Origin: an uncultured Gammaproteobacteria bacterium
Lineage (GTDB): Bacteria; Patescibacteriota; Patescibacteriia; 2-12-FULL-60-25
Reading direction: 5' to 3'
DNA: 64,000 nt
Assembly: GCA_964604275.1 (NCBI GenBank)
Contig: CAZRYH010000002.1
Coordinates: 2,413-66,412 of the forward strand
Translations under genes and position numbers: made by a program
In this document: piece after piece, positions 36,548 through 46,910 of the stretch
Numbering within the stretch: the stretch's first letter is position 1
Layout: each line of letters starts with the position of its first letter
The notes under the pieces: generated by a model
What the model was told of the DNA's origin: nothing
What the model saw: only the letters and a program-made list of their open reading frames with translations
The model's database searches: none

Positions 36548-36949
36548 ATGGCCATCATAGACATGCGCAACGGCGACCCTGTCGAGCTCGATCCAACCAC
36601 CAGAACAGTGGTCTTTCTGCTGCCAACACAGGGCTTTGGTCGTGGATACGCGGCCAAGGAATCGGCGCGCTTCACTGACGAGTCTCGGGTCTTGGGGAAG
36701 GCGTACTCCATGGCGCAACAGGACCGCGTATATCTTGCGGTCACCGTACATACGGACGACGACTACTCGCAGGCGCCCAAAATCATTGAGGATTTCCTGA
36801 ATCATCTGGACGAGACGCACAGCCGGAGGGTGCCCATTGCCATGGTCATCAGTGGCCGCGACATCCCAGTGGAAGTGCGGTTCGAGTTCATGGCCACCTT
36901 AGCCCGCTCCAAGCAACGCATCAAACTCTTTGACTTCTCGAGTTCTTGA
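36548..36949 (+). CDS. hypothetical protein
   Basis: ATG after AAAGGAGGG. A terminator hairpin follows at 36949..36975. Confidence 0.5.
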   Translation: MAIIDMRNGDPVELDPTTRTVVFLLPTQGFGRGYAAKESARFTDESRVLGKAYSMAQQDRVYLAVTVHTDDDYSQAPKIIEDFLNHLDETHSRRVPIAMVISGRDIPVEVRFEFMATLARSKQRIKLFDFSSS

Positions 36950-37134
36950 CCTCGACCATCGAGGTTTTTTATTTGCATCATCCCACGCAGACTCTCGACA
37001 GCGGTTCATATAGGAAGATCCCTCGTCACTCCCCTCCAGAGGCGGGCAGGCGTTTTCCCTCGGGATGACATTTTTTCGGTTTGCGTTTTAAAAACCGGGA
37101 TTTGCGATCCCGGTTGTTGGTTTAAATTTTTTGC

Positions 37135-38064
37135 TTAAGACTTGATGCCAGCCTGAAGGGTTTTGATTTTTTCAGCGGCCGACTTGAGAGCCTCCCTTTC
37201 CTGTTCAGATAAATCCAATTCAATTATTTTTTGCACGCCTTGGCGCGAGAGGACGGCGGGCACGCCCATGAACACGTCTTGTTGTCCGTATTCGCCTTGG
37301 AGCAGGCACGAGCAGGGGAGCGTGGTCTGGCGATCGTTCAAGATGGCGTCAGCCATTTCCGCGATGGAAAAGCCAGGGGCGTAATAGGCGCTGCCCGTCT
37401 TGAGCAATCCAACGATTTCCGCGCCACCGTTTTGCGTGCGCGCCACCAGTGCTTGGATTTTTTCAGCGTCCAACGCGTGGGTCAAAGGCTTGCCGTCCAC
37501 CGTGGCCGCGGAAATCACTGGCACCATCTCGTCGCCGTGACTGCCCAACACCATGGCTTGGATTTTTTCCGGCGCCACGCCAAGTTCGCGCCCCGCGAAC
37601 AACCGGAAGCGCGAAGTGTCTAAAACGCCGGCCATGCCTACGACTCGTTGCTTGGGGAATCCGGATTGCTTCCAAGCCGCGTAGCACATGGCATCTAAAG
37701 GATTGGTCACGACCATCAAAATGGCGTTGGGCGAGTGTTGAGATACGCGTTTTGCGACAGGACCCACGATGCCCGCGTTCACGTCCAGCAGTTGTTCGCG
37801 TGTCATGCCGGGTTTGCGCGGCAGTCCGGCCGTTATGATGACTAAATCCGAACCCGCCAAATCATCTTCGCTGTTCGTGCCCGTGACCGTACCTTGGAAT
37901 CCGGCCAAAGCCGAGCATTGGCTGATGTCCAAAGCCACGCCCTGCGGACGGCCTTCCACGATATCGAACAGCACGATGTCACCCAAATTCAATTCCGCGA
38001 TCCTGAGCGCCGCGGTGGCGCCCACATTGCCCGCGCCGATGATGCTGATCTTATTTTTTGGCAT
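37135..38064 (-). CDS. mdh: malate dehydrogenase (LDH-like family)
   Basis: KISIIGAGNVGATAA, GLPRKPGMTREQLL, GSHGDEMVP. Confidence 0.85.
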   Translation of the reverse strand: MPKNKISIIGAGNVGATAALRIAELNLGDIVLFDIVEGRPQGVALDISQCSALAGFQGTVTGTNSEDDLAGSDLVIITAGLPRKPGMTREQLLDVNAGIVGPVAKRVSQHSPNAILMVVTNPLDAMCYAAWKQSGFPKQRVVGMAGVLDTSRFRLFAGRELGVAPEKIQAMVLGSHGDEMVPVISAATVDGKPLTHALDAEKIQALVARTQNGGAEIVGLLKTGSAYYAPGFSIAEMADAILNDRQTTLPCSCLLQGEYGQQDVFMGVPAVLSRQGVQKIIELDLSEQEREALKSAAEKIKTLQAGIKS

Positions 38065-39259
38065 AGTTTTTGAATTCTTTTAGTCCCTCCAACAGATGGT
38101 ACAAAGCCTTCTCCAGTTTCGGCGCTTCAAGCACGAAAGCGATGCGGGCTTGGGTCAGGCCTTGCCCTGGGGTTTTGTAAAAATTGGCGGCTGGCGTGAC
38201 CATGGCCGTTTCCTTATCTTTTTCGATACCCGAATAGTCGGTGAGCATGAAGCGCGTGAATTCCTCTGCGTCCACGCCCAAATCAACCATGAGATACAAG
38301 GCGCCTTGTGGGTAGCCACATTTGAGTCCGGCCTGCGTCAACATCTTGTGCGCGAGTTGGCGGCGCGCGTCGTATTCCTGTTTGGCGCGTTCGATGTCTT
38401 CCTGCCCCTTGTCGATGATTTGCGCGGCCGCGATTTGTTCCAGCGTAGCCACGCACAACCTGGCTTGCGCGTATTTGAGGGCCGCGGACATAACCTCTGG
38501 ATTGCGGCTCACCAGCCAACCCACGCGCGCGCCGCACACCGAATAGCGTTTGGAAACGCTGTCCACCACGATGGCCAAATTTTTCATCTCGGGTTTGGAG
38601 AGCAAACTGGTGGATTTGAGGCCTTCGTACGCGAATTCGCGATAGACTTCGTCGGAAATGACGAACAAACCGTGCTTGAGGGCGATGGCACACACCTGAT
38701 TCAGCTCTTCCGCGCTCATCACGGCCCCGGTCGGGTTGTTGGGACTGCAGATGAGGATGGCTTTGGTTTTAGGCGTGACCAGGGATTCCAGTTTTTGGAT
38801 GTCATGAATCGCGAAATTGTCTTCCAGTTTGGTCTGAAGCGGCACGATCTCCACCTGGTTTTGCATGGCGAACGTGTTGTAGTTGGTGTAGTAGGGTTCC
38901 GGGATGATGATTTGGTCGCCCGGATCGCAAACCAAGGAAATGGCCATGATCAAAGCTTCGCTCCCGCCGGATGTGACGATGCATTGCTCCGGGGCCACCT
39001 CCAATTCCAGCTTGGCGTAATAATCCGAAATGGCTTTTTTCAGCAACGGGTTGCCCGCGCTGTTTTCATACGCCACCACGGGCTCGTGGAAAGCGCGGAT
39101 GGCGTCGAAGAACAGATGCGACGTGGCCACGTCCGGTTGGCCTATGTTCAAATGGTAGACCGAAACACCGGTTTTCTTCAGGGCGTCAGACAGGGGAACG
39201 TACTTGCGGATGGCCGAGGCGGGCAAAGACTGAGCGCGTTGGGAAATCGTTAGTTCCAT
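38051..39259 (-). CDS. class I/II pyridoxal-phosphate aminotransferase (aspartate aminotransferase-like)
   Basis: SVSKRYSVCGARVGW PLP-Lys motif. ATG at 39259 (track ORF extends to 39388). Confidence 0.8.
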   Translation of the reverse strand: MELTISQRAQSLPASAIRKYVPLSDALKKTGVSVYHLNIGQPDVATSHLFFDAIRAFHEPVVAYENSAGNPLLKKAISDYYAKLELEVAPEQCIVTSGGSEALIMAISLVCDPGDQIIIPEPYYTNYNTFAMQNQVEIVPLQTKLEDNFAIHDIQKLESLVTPKTKAILICSPNNPTGAVMSAEELNQVCAIALKHGLFVISDEVYREFAYEGLKSTSLLSKPEMKNLAIVVDSVSKRYSVCGARVGWLVSRNPEVMSAALKYAQARLCVATLEQIAAAQIIDKGQEDIERAKQEYDARRQLAHKMLTQAGLKCGYPQGALYLMVDLGVDAEEFTRFMLTDYSGIEKDKETAMVTPAANFYKTPGQGLTQARIAFVLEAPKLEKALYHLLEGLKEFKNYAKK

Positions 39260-39365
39260 ATTCGATATATTTTTAGTCTGGGCCCATATAATAGGATTGT
39301 CGCGCGGTTTGTGCAAGATGTGGGTAGATGTGCCGCTTATCTGATTAGACCGCGGTTTGAGGCGC

Positions 39366-40169
39366 ATGTATTCTTTCTTCGAAGCCATTATGCCTTTTAA
39401 AAATTACACGACCCTAAAACTCATCCAGGATTATCCTTTTTCCGGTGTGGAGATCGTGGAGCGGAACCGTAAAAAATTCATACTCAAATCGGTTCCGGAA
39501 TTTTTTGGCGAGCAACCTTTTAGGCAAAGATATTTAGTTCAGAGGTGTAAAAGGACGCGCATACCAAAAATCCATTGGATAAAGAAGCTCGGAGGTCGGT
39601 ATTATTTTCTCATGGATTATATCGAGAAGGCCGAAACTCCGGTCGCGACTAAAAAGTACATCCAGACTTTGAATGTTTTTCAACGCGAGACCACCAATTG
39701 TAAGGCGCGGATTTTTCCGCTATATGATTATGGCGTTTTCCGCGATGAATTCGTCAAAGCCAAAAACCTCATGCCCAAGTCGCTGTACGCTCGGCTGGAA
39801 CGCAATTTGAGCATCTTGAAGACCGTTTTCGATCTACCAAAATCCGTGGTGCATGGCGATTGGGTTCCGGCCCAGCTTATTTCGCATAAGGGAAAAAGTT
39901 ACATCATCGACTTCGAGATGTCGTTTTACGGTCCTTCTATTTTGGACCACGCGCATTTTTTCTATAAGCAAGAATCGGTTATCGACGAAACGCTCAAGCT
40001 TATTGGCACGGATCGGAAGACGTTCGTCAGGGCCTGCGCGGTCGAAGCTTTGCGCAAACTCGGTTGGGTTGTCGGTATGCTCCACGGTGGCCACACGACT
40101 TACAAATTCAAACCAGAAATTAAAGAATACGTGGGGATCCTGAAACGGTTGGTCAAAGATTTGCGCTGA
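39366..40169 (+). CDS. aminoglycoside/choline-kinase-like phosphotransferase family protein
   Basis: VVHGDWVPAQLI..YIIDFEMS resembles the APH catalytic and DFG-like segment. Lower GC than the upstream genes. Confidence 0.5.
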   Translation: MYSFFEAIMPFKNYTTLKLIQDYPFSGVEIVERNRKKFILKSVPEFFGEQPFRQRYLVQRCKRTRIPKIHWIKKLGGRYYFLMDYIEKAETPVATKKYIQTLNVFQRETTNCKARIFPLYDYGVFRDEFVKAKNLMPKSLYARLERNLSILKTVFDLPKSVVHGDWVPAQLISHKGKSYIIDFEMSFYGPSILDHAHFFYKQESVIDETLKLIGTDRKTFVRACAVEALRKLGWVVGMLHGGHTTYKFKPEIKEYVGILKRLVKDLR

Positions 40170-40176
40170 TGATCTT

Positions 40177-40662
40177 TCAATAGCCGAGGCTGACGCCCAC
40201 GAGCAATATCTGCAAGGTCATCCAAAGGGAATACAATCCGGCGATTACAAAATTGATTCCAAAATACACAGTGATGATATTTATCGACTTCTTTGTCTTG
40301 GTTGTCAGCGCCCATCTCATTAGCACATAATCAATAAATGAAAAGACCGAAGCGCAGGCCACTAAAATGTAAAATCTGATATCAGCCGCGTCTTTACGAA
40401 AGTTCCAAAAGTTCATTGCTGTACCCGGGAAGAAAACCTTGATACCAACCCTGTATGCGATTGTTGCCAGCAGGGTCGGCACCCCAAAAAGCATATAACC
40501 ACCCACATTTACTACTGACTCGGATAATAACGACAGGATTTTAACAAAATTACCTGTCGATAAACCCAGTTTTAAAATGGCCGCTGCAAGAATGGGCGAG
40601 AACAATATGAGGACCGCCCAACCCAACAGTTTCAACCAATTTTTGGCTTTATATAAATCCAT
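40177..40662 (-). CDS. hypothetical multi-pass membrane protein
   Basis: ATG at 40662 (MDLYKAKNW). About 5 TM helices. TATAAT lies 11 nt upstream. Confidence 0.45.
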   Translation of the reverse strand: MDLYKAKNWLKLLGWAVLILFSPILAAAILKLGLSTGNFVKILSLLSESVVNVGGYMLFGVPTLLATIAYRVGIKVFFPGTAMNFWNFRKDAADIRFYILVACASVFSFIDYVLMRWALTTKTKKSINIITVYFGINFVIAGLYSLWMTLQILLVGVSLGY

Positions 40663-40710
40663 AGCTTTTTCAATTATAGCATAGGTCGGGGATCCTAATT
40701 GTCTCAAAAA

Positions 40711-40737
40711 CAGAAAACCACCCGAAGGTGGTTTCTG
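40711..40737 (-). terminator. strong terminator downstream of the AAA ATPase gene
   Basis: CAGAAACCACC-ttcg-GGTGGTTTTCTG followed by a T-run on the minus strand. Confidence 0.7.
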
Positions 40738-40846
40738 TTTGGTCGCTGTTTGACGCTTGTTGCGTTCAACGTGATGGTAGCCCAAGTTAGAGCGAATTGG
40801 AACCAATTATTGGTGGAAATGAAGGGATGGGAGAGGCTGGCAAAGG

Positions 40847-43477
40847 CTACTGCCTGATTTTATCGTTCGTCAGTGTAGCCATGGGCATTTGATTAGTCCT
40901 CCGTCGCATTCGTACCTGCTGAACCCACTTTTCAAGTTTTTCAATATCGTTTTTCACCTCACTTGGAATAGGAAAAGGTTCATACGCTGCAAGAGGCTGA
41001 TCATGACCGCCCTCCCATTTTGAAGATTTACGTATACCTTCACGAATAGTTGAGATGTCTGCTTCAGTTATATCATGAAGGTTCTTCATGAGCTTCGTGT
41101 CGACATTACGCCTGTAGCGCACTACTGCATTTTCAAAAAGAACTTCTTCCACGGCTCTTTCCCATGTTTGACGAAGGCGCGCATAGATACGAGTTACCAT
41201 TGGTTCGTATTCATTTTCTCCGCGCTCTTTATATATACGTTCGGCGCGGCTAAGTTCCTGTTGGAGAATATCAATCCTCTCCTTTGTGCCCTTCCCCTCC
41301 CAAGGGAGTCCTGCGTTGATATGACCAGCCAAAGAATCTCCACCTCGACTGATTGTCTGGGTGTCGCATAATACATCCAAAGTTTTCGCCTCCTCAATGA
41401 GAGCAGCAACAAAAACTATTTCATGTGTAAAAACTATCACCTGACGCTTTTTTGCCTCTTCGACTAATCTTTTTGCCACGTTGGTACGCCAGCGATGGTC
41501 TAAGGACGATACGGGGTCATCGAAGATGATTGCCGACGCATGAGTAGCGCCACGAACCTCTGCTAAAAATGCAGCCAAAGCGATACACCTGCTCTCGCCC
41601 TCACTGACAACCTTACCCAGTTCTGCCTTTGTTGCGTGCTTCAAAAACACCTGGTGATAAAGAACGCCTTTCTGACCTCCTGCAGGTCTTAGCTCTAGTT
41701 CCGGTGCGTTGAATCCCAACAGTCGCAATTCATCATCGAAGGCTACTGTTAGAGTGTCTGTCACGTATTTTTTGGTTAAGTTGGTACTAAAAGTTGTCAG
41801 TGCTCGAGTATTTGTAGATTTCAAACATTGTTCGTACGCATTCATACGACCCTTGCGATCAATTTCTGCGTTTATCTGTGGAAGGACCGCCTCGAGCATG
41901 GAGCGTGACTTCAATTCCAACAGCCGCTCTTCCGATCGTTTTCGCTCAACTGGATTTGATGCCTTTAATATTTCGGTTGCCCGCTCTTCAATGCTTGTCG
42001 CTAAATTTTCCAAAATTGTTGTTGGTGGTGCCAGAGAAATTGAAGTTGGGACAAGACTATCTCCGAATAGACTAGTGCGCGCTGATTCTGCAGCCTCTAA
42101 GAACCGCTTTGTGGCTTCGTAGCCGTCGGGATCAAGTACAGCTAAGTCATCGAGTGCATCTTTCACATTCCCCGGAACAAAAGCACGGCATTTCAAAGAG
42201 AATTCTTCAAAAATCTTCTGCTTTGCCACAGCATCTGCCTGAGCGGTGCCCTGCACAAACTCTTCGAGCTTCGTCAAACGCTCCTTCGTAGACGATTCCA
42301 TCTCTTGTTGACATAAAACGCATTTAGCGCCTTCTTCAATGTGCGGGAAGGCAAGACTAGGATAAGCGTTTTCTTTCGAATATACACGTGCAGACTCCCA
42401 CAATCCTCGCCATGCAGACGATTCAAGACCGGCGAGTGTGACCTGTCCACTAAATTTCTCGGCAGCGTTACGAGCGACCCTAGCTGCATTGGATGCCTCA
42501 TCGCGGAGTCTGACGAACTGCGCAACCGACGCATCTCCTAACGATACGCTTTGCTTTTTAAGTTCTTCCGTCAGGCGACGTAATCGCGACCCCTTAATTC
42601 TGTGGTCTGCTGCCTTTTTTTCCGGATTCTCCGATTTTGCAGTAGCAATCACTTCCGTCAATTTCTCAAGCTCAAGTTGTTCATCATGAGTCAACCTAGC
42701 TACGAGATCGACGTCTTCACGCTTTGTCAAAGCTGTCAGGTTGTTCAGAAATTGGCTTGCCTGAGTATTCTGAGGGATTGCTGGCCAAGTTACGACCTGA
42801 GTTTGGAGTAAATGGAGCTCATTGTTAAGACGCGACTCTATACGCGCACAGACCCCAGCGAGTCTGTCCATCACATCGAGGCCAAAAGGTCTGAAACGCA
42901 CTTCGGTTTTATCAGATACGTACACCTGCGCAGCAGATGAGTCGAACACGCTTACTGCTCCGAGATTAGCGGGTCCAGCTATACCATCCTTCCAGATATA
43001 TTCATCTTCGTCCCCAGCGACATCAACTATGAACTTAGCGGTTGGCGGTCCGGCAGGTTTCTCAGAGAGTGCGTTTGCGAGGATAGCGTCGTTGCTTCCG
43101 CGAGCTCTACAGGCTCTCTTTAGTATCCTTCCGTAACCCGACTTACCAGCACCATTATCTCCATAGACAATGGTGAGACCTGTTTTTCCAAACTTAATCG
43201 ACTCATTTGGTGCAAGCGCATTGACGTCAGAGACATGTGTGAGGGCAACAAGATTAACAGATCCTTTTTCTTGACCGGTTGGTAGATGGTCAATGATCAA
43301 CGGTGAAATCTCGATTGTAGTCGCGCTAAGACCTTGTGGTTTCTTGCAAAGTTCCGTCAACTCCTCGATATCAGTTTCTGTAATGTCAGTTTGGACAATA
43401 ATTCGTCGCAACGCATCGCGTATCCAATGATTCTCGAGAGAATTTGACCAGGCGAGTATTTCTTCTAGGACAGACAT
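40847..43477 (-). CDS. ABC/SMC-type AAA ATPase, PrrC/RloC-like (AAA_13-like) with coiled-coil insert
   Basis: Walker A GDNGAGKSG. Long helical insert carrying CVLC. Signature SEGESRC, Walker B IIFDDPVSSLD, H-loop VFTHE. About 190-aa C-terminal domain with RLRQTWERAVEE..GGHD. Confidence 0.65.
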   Translation of the reverse strand: MSVLEEILAWSNSLENHWIRDALRRIIVQTDITETDIEELTELCKKPQGLSATTIEISPLIIDHLPTGQEKGSVNLVALTHVSDVNALAPNESIKFGKTGLTIVYGDNGAGKSGYGRILKRACRARGSNDAILANALSEKPAGPPTAKFIVDVAGDEDEYIWKDGIAGPANLGAVSVFDSSAAQVYVSDKTEVRFRPFGLDVMDRLAGVCARIESRLNNELHLLQTQVVTWPAIPQNTQASQFLNNLTALTKREDVDLVARLTHDEQLELEKLTEVIATAKSENPEKKAADHRIKGSRLRRLTEELKKQSVSLGDASVAQFVRLRDEASNAARVARNAAEKFSGQVTLAGLESSAWRGLWESARVYSKENAYPSLAFPHIEEGAKCVLCQQEMESSTKERLTKLEEFVQGTAQADAVAKQKIFEEFSLKCRAFVPGNVKDALDDLAVLDPDGYEATKRFLEAAESARTSLFGDSLVPTSISLAPPTTILENLATSIEERATEILKASNPVERKRSEERLLELKSRSMLEAVLPQINAEIDRKGRMNAYEQCLKSTNTRALTTFSTNLTKKYVTDTLTVAFDDELRLLGFNAPELELRPAGGQKGVLYHQVFLKHATKAELGKVVSEGESRCIALAAFLAEVRGATHASAIIFDDPVSSLDHRWRTNVAKRLVEEAKKRQVIVFTHEIVFVAALIEEAKTLDVLCDTQTISRGGDSLAGHINAGLPWEGKGTKERIDILQQELSRAERIYKERGENEYEPMVTRIYARLRQTWERAVEEVLFENAVVRYRRNVDTKLMKNLHDITEADISTIREGIRKSSKWEGGHDQPLAAYEPFPIPSEVKNDIEKLEKWVQQVRMRRRTNQMPMATLTNDKIRQ

Positions 43478-43639
43478 AGTGACGAAAAATATTCAAAAGC
43501 AGCTCTTTATCCAAGCCATTCTGCCGCCTAGCTCCCCACTTGGCAAGTGTAGACAAAAACTGCATAAAATGGCACTATTAAGGCCATAAAGTTCGGCAAA
43601 ACGGTCGGCAACATCCGACGTTGATACGAAAACTAATGT

Positions 43640-46600
43640 ATGGAAAAAATCTTGGATAACAAAAAGGCAAAAGTAGTCGATGTGCTGCAAGATAGGATAC
43701 AGGCAGGTTCTAAGTTATCTGTCATTTCGGCGTATTTCACTATCTACGCGTTCGACAAGTTGCGGGAACAGCTTGAGCGCGTTGATAGCCTACGCTTCCT
43801 TTTTGTAGAGCCGACCTTCACTAAACAAAAAGAAGAGAAGCGTGAGTTCGTGATCAATCGCAACGAGCGTGAACGGTTCCTGTCAGGCACGGAGTTTGAA
43901 ATAAAACTAAGAAACGAATTAACCCAATCAAAGATCGCGAAGGAATGTGCGGAATGGATTCGTAACAAAGTTGAGTTTCGTTCGATGATGAAATCCGACG
44001 CTTCACAGACGCGCGCTATACATGTCAGTAATCCAAAAGAAGAATTTGTAGTTCAAGGGTCTATTGATTTCACAGCGACAGGTATCGGCGCGGTTCCGTC
44101 GCGGAAGCTCGATCTCAACATGTTCTCCAATGATCCGCAGGCGACAAGAGAGGTCCTGACTTGGTTTGATGAGATTTGGGACAACCCTGCTCTTGCAGAA
44201 GACGTAAAGGATCAGGTTCTCCAAAATATCCAGAACATCTACAAAGAAAACAGTCCGGAGTTCTTGTATTTTGTTACGCTATACAACGTCTTCCGGGAAT
44301 ATCTCGAAGAACTGACAGAGGAAAACATCCTTAAACCACGAACAGGCATCAAGGACACTACTGTATGGAACAAGCTCTACAAGTTTCAAAAAGACGGTGT
44401 CATGGGAGCGATTGCTAAACTGGAGAAGCACAACGGCTGCATCATCGCTGATAGTGTCGGGTTGGGGAAGACATTCGAAGGACTCGCTATCATAAAATAC
44501 TACGAGCTACGCAACTGCCGTGTGCTTGTTCTTGCCCCAAAAAAACTTCGTGATAACTGGACGCTCTATCGAGTGAACGACAGCAGGAACATCTTGGCGC
44601 AGGATCGTTTTGGCTATGATGTTTTGAACCATACCGATCTCAGCCGAACGAGTGGCACATCGGGCGACATCAATCTAGAGACGGTCAATTGGGGAAACTA
44701 CGACCTTGTCGTCATCGACGAATCTCATAACTTTCGTAATAACGATCCACGCAAAGACCGCAAAACACGCTATCGGAAGCTCATGGAGGATATCATTCGC
44801 AGCGGCGTGAAGACAAAAGTCTTGATGTTGTCTGCGACACCCGTAAACAATCGTTTGAATGACCTTAAAAACCAGATTGCCTTTATTACAGAAGGCGACG
44901 ACAACGCACTCAAAGAAGATGGTATACGTAGCATCAGCGATACGCTTCGTTCCGCGCAGCTCGCGTTCAACACGTGGCTCAAGCTCCCAACAGAAGGAAG
45001 AAAGATGGGCAACCTATTGTCGTCTTTGAACATCGACTATTTTAAGCTTTTGGACGCATTAACAATCGCACGTTCGCGAAAGCACATAGAGAAGTACTAC
45101 GATTTGACGGATGTCGGCAAGTTTCCTGTTAGGCGTAAGCCGATAAACCAAAAAACAGATATTGACACAGAGGGTAATTTTCCGACGTTTGACGACATCA
45201 ACGATTCGATAAGGCGTCTGAAGCTCGCTCTCTATTCTCCCTTTACATACGTGCGGCCAGACAGAATCGCCTACTATGAGAAAAAATATGATATTCAAGT
45301 ACAGGGCGGACGCTCTGTCTTTCGTCAGGAGGATCGCGAGCGCAACCTTGTGAACCTGATGCGCGTGAATATCTTGAAGCGTCTTGAAAGTTCCGTCTAT
45401 TCCTATGACTTGACCCTACAACGCATCCACGGACGTATTGTAGGAGTTCTCAAGCAAATTGATGATATCGAGCGTACCGGTGAAGACGAAGAACAATTCA
45501 ATCTCGATAATGTAACGCAAGAAGAGGCTGTAGACGACGAAAACCTAGAGCCAGAAGATTTGATGATCGGCACGACCGTGAAAGTTGCCTTCAAAGACCT
45601 GGATCTCGTTCGTTGGCGACAGGATCTCGTTGACGATGAAAAACGTCTGTCAGGTTTGATTACTGACTCCAAACAGGTTAAACCCAAACGCGACGCCAAG
45701 CTAGAAAGACTGAAGCAAGTCATTCAAGAGAAAATGGTGCATCCGATCAACCCAGGCAATCGAAAGGTCGTTATTTTTAGTGCGTTCGCAGATACAACAA
45801 ATTACCTGTACGAGCACATAGCCAAGTGGGCAAAGAATGAGTTTGGTGTTGAAAGCGCCCTGGTTACCGGTAGTGGACCGAACTTAAGCACGGCAAGTGA
45901 CATTCCTCACCAGTTCGGAGCCATTTTGACCAACTTCTCACCATTGTCAAAAGAACGAGACAAAGTCTACCCGAACATAAAAACGAATATCGACATACTG
46001 ATCGCAACCGATTGCGTATCTGAGGGCCAAAACCTTCAGGACTGTGATTGTTTGGTGAATTATGACATCCACTGGAACCCAGTGCGAATCATCCAACGAT
46101 TTGGTCGTATTGACCGTATCGGGTCAAAAAATGACAGTATCCAATTGATAAACTTTTGGCCAAACTTAGAGCTTGATGCGTACATCCGTCTGGAATCGCG
46201 CGTACGTGGCCGTATGATGCTCTTAAACTCATCCGCGACTGGTGAAGACGACATCATCAATGAAACGGAGACGGACATAATGAACGATATTGAATATCGA
46301 AAAAACCAGCTCATGAAACTTCAAGAAGAGGTGGTGGATCTGGAGGATATCTCCGGCAATCTGTCTATCACGGACCTGACCATGAACGATTTCAAAATGG
46401 ACTTGATGGAGTACATGAAAGACCACAAACAAGAGTTGGAAAACGCCCCCCTTGGTATGTACGCCGTTGCCGATCGCACGCGCATGACAGATAGCGAGCT
46501 TAAGCCCGGCGCGATTTTCGTGCTGAAGCAGGCAGCGTTCTCGGGGTTAGAGAGTAAGGAAGTTAACGCTCTCCACCCCTACTACCTCATCTGCATCGAA

Positions 46601-46909
46601 GAAGGCGGCATTATCCGGCATGGATACACGCAGGCAAAGTACATTCTGGATATGTACAAGAAGCTTTGCCGTGGCGTGGAAGGCGTAAATGCGGATTTGG
46701 TCGCTGCGTTTGATCGCACGACAAATGAAGCCAGTGATATGCGCCTCTACTCCTCCCTGCTCGAGACGGCCATCGCGAATATCATCGGTAAAAAACAAGA
46801 AAATGTTCTTACGTCGTTATTTTCCCTAGGTAGATCACTCATTGCGGAACAAGGCCGTTTATCTGGACTGGATGATTTTGAGCTCGTTTCCTTTCTCGTG
46901 ATTAAATGA
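43640..46909 (+). CDS. SNF2-family helicase with N-terminal PLD-like domain
   Basis: ADSVGLGKTFEG, VVIDESHNFRN, ATDCVSEGQNLQD, HWNPVRIIQRFGRIDRIGS. N-terminal SVISAYFTIYAF..LRFLF segment. Confidence 0.85.
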   Translation: MEKILDNKKAKVVDVLQDRIQAGSKLSVISAYFTIYAFDKLREQLERVDSLRFLFVEPTFTKQKEEKREFVINRNERERFLSGTEFEIKLRNELTQSKIAKECAEWIRNKVEFRSMMKSDASQTRAIHVSNPKEEFVVQGSIDFTATGIGAVPSRKLDLNMFSNDPQATREVLTWFDEIWDNPALAEDVKDQVLQNIQNIYKENSPEFLYFVTLYNVFREYLEELTEENILKPRTGIKDTTVWNKLYKFQKDGVMGAIAKLEKHNGCIIADSVGLGKTFEGLAIIKYYELRNCRVLVLAPKKLRDNWTLYRVNDSRNILAQDRFGYDVLNHTDLSRTSGTSGDINLETVNWGNYDLVVIDESHNFRNNDPRKDRKTRYRKLMEDIIRSGVKTKVLMLSATPVNNRLNDLKNQIAFITEGDDNALKEDGIRSISDTLRSAQLAFNTWLKLPTEGRKMGNLLSSLNIDYFKLLDALTIARSRKHIEKYYDLTDVGKFPVRRKPINQKTDIDTEGNFPTFDDINDSIRRLKLALYSPFTYVRPDRIAYYEKKYDIQVQGGRSVFRQEDRERNLVNLMRVNILKRLESSVYSYDLTLQRIHGRIVGVLKQIDDIERTGEDEEQFNLDNVTQEEAVDDENLEPEDLMIGTTVKVAFKDLDLVRWRQDLVDDEKRLSGLITDSKQVKPKRDAKLERLKQVIQEKMVHPINPGNRKVVIFSAFADTTNYLYEHIAKWAKNEFGVESALVTGSGPNLSTASDIPHQFGAILTNFSPLSKERDKVYPNIKTNIDILIATDCVSEGQNLQDCDCLVNYDIHWNPVRIIQRFGRIDRIGSKNDSIQLINFWPNLELDAYIRLESRVRGRMMLLNSSATGEDDIINETETDIMNDIEYRKNQLMKLQEEVVDLEDISGNLSITDLTMNDFKMDLMEYMKDHKQELENAPLGMYAVADRTRMTDSELKPGAIFVLKQAAFSGLESKEVNALHPYYLICIEEGGIIRHGYTQAKYILDMYKKLCRGVEGVNADLVAAFDRTTNEASDMRLYSSLLETAIANIIGKKQENVLTSLFSLGRSLIAEQGRLSGLDDFELVSFLVIK

Positions 46910-46910
46910 T

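Noticed and set aside
43493-43690. 65-aa minus-strand ORF in the divergent promoter region, overlapping the SNF2 start.
   Set aside because: It overlaps the confident helicase start and the intergenic promoter region. It has no ribosome-binding site and a hydrophobic, low-information sequence.
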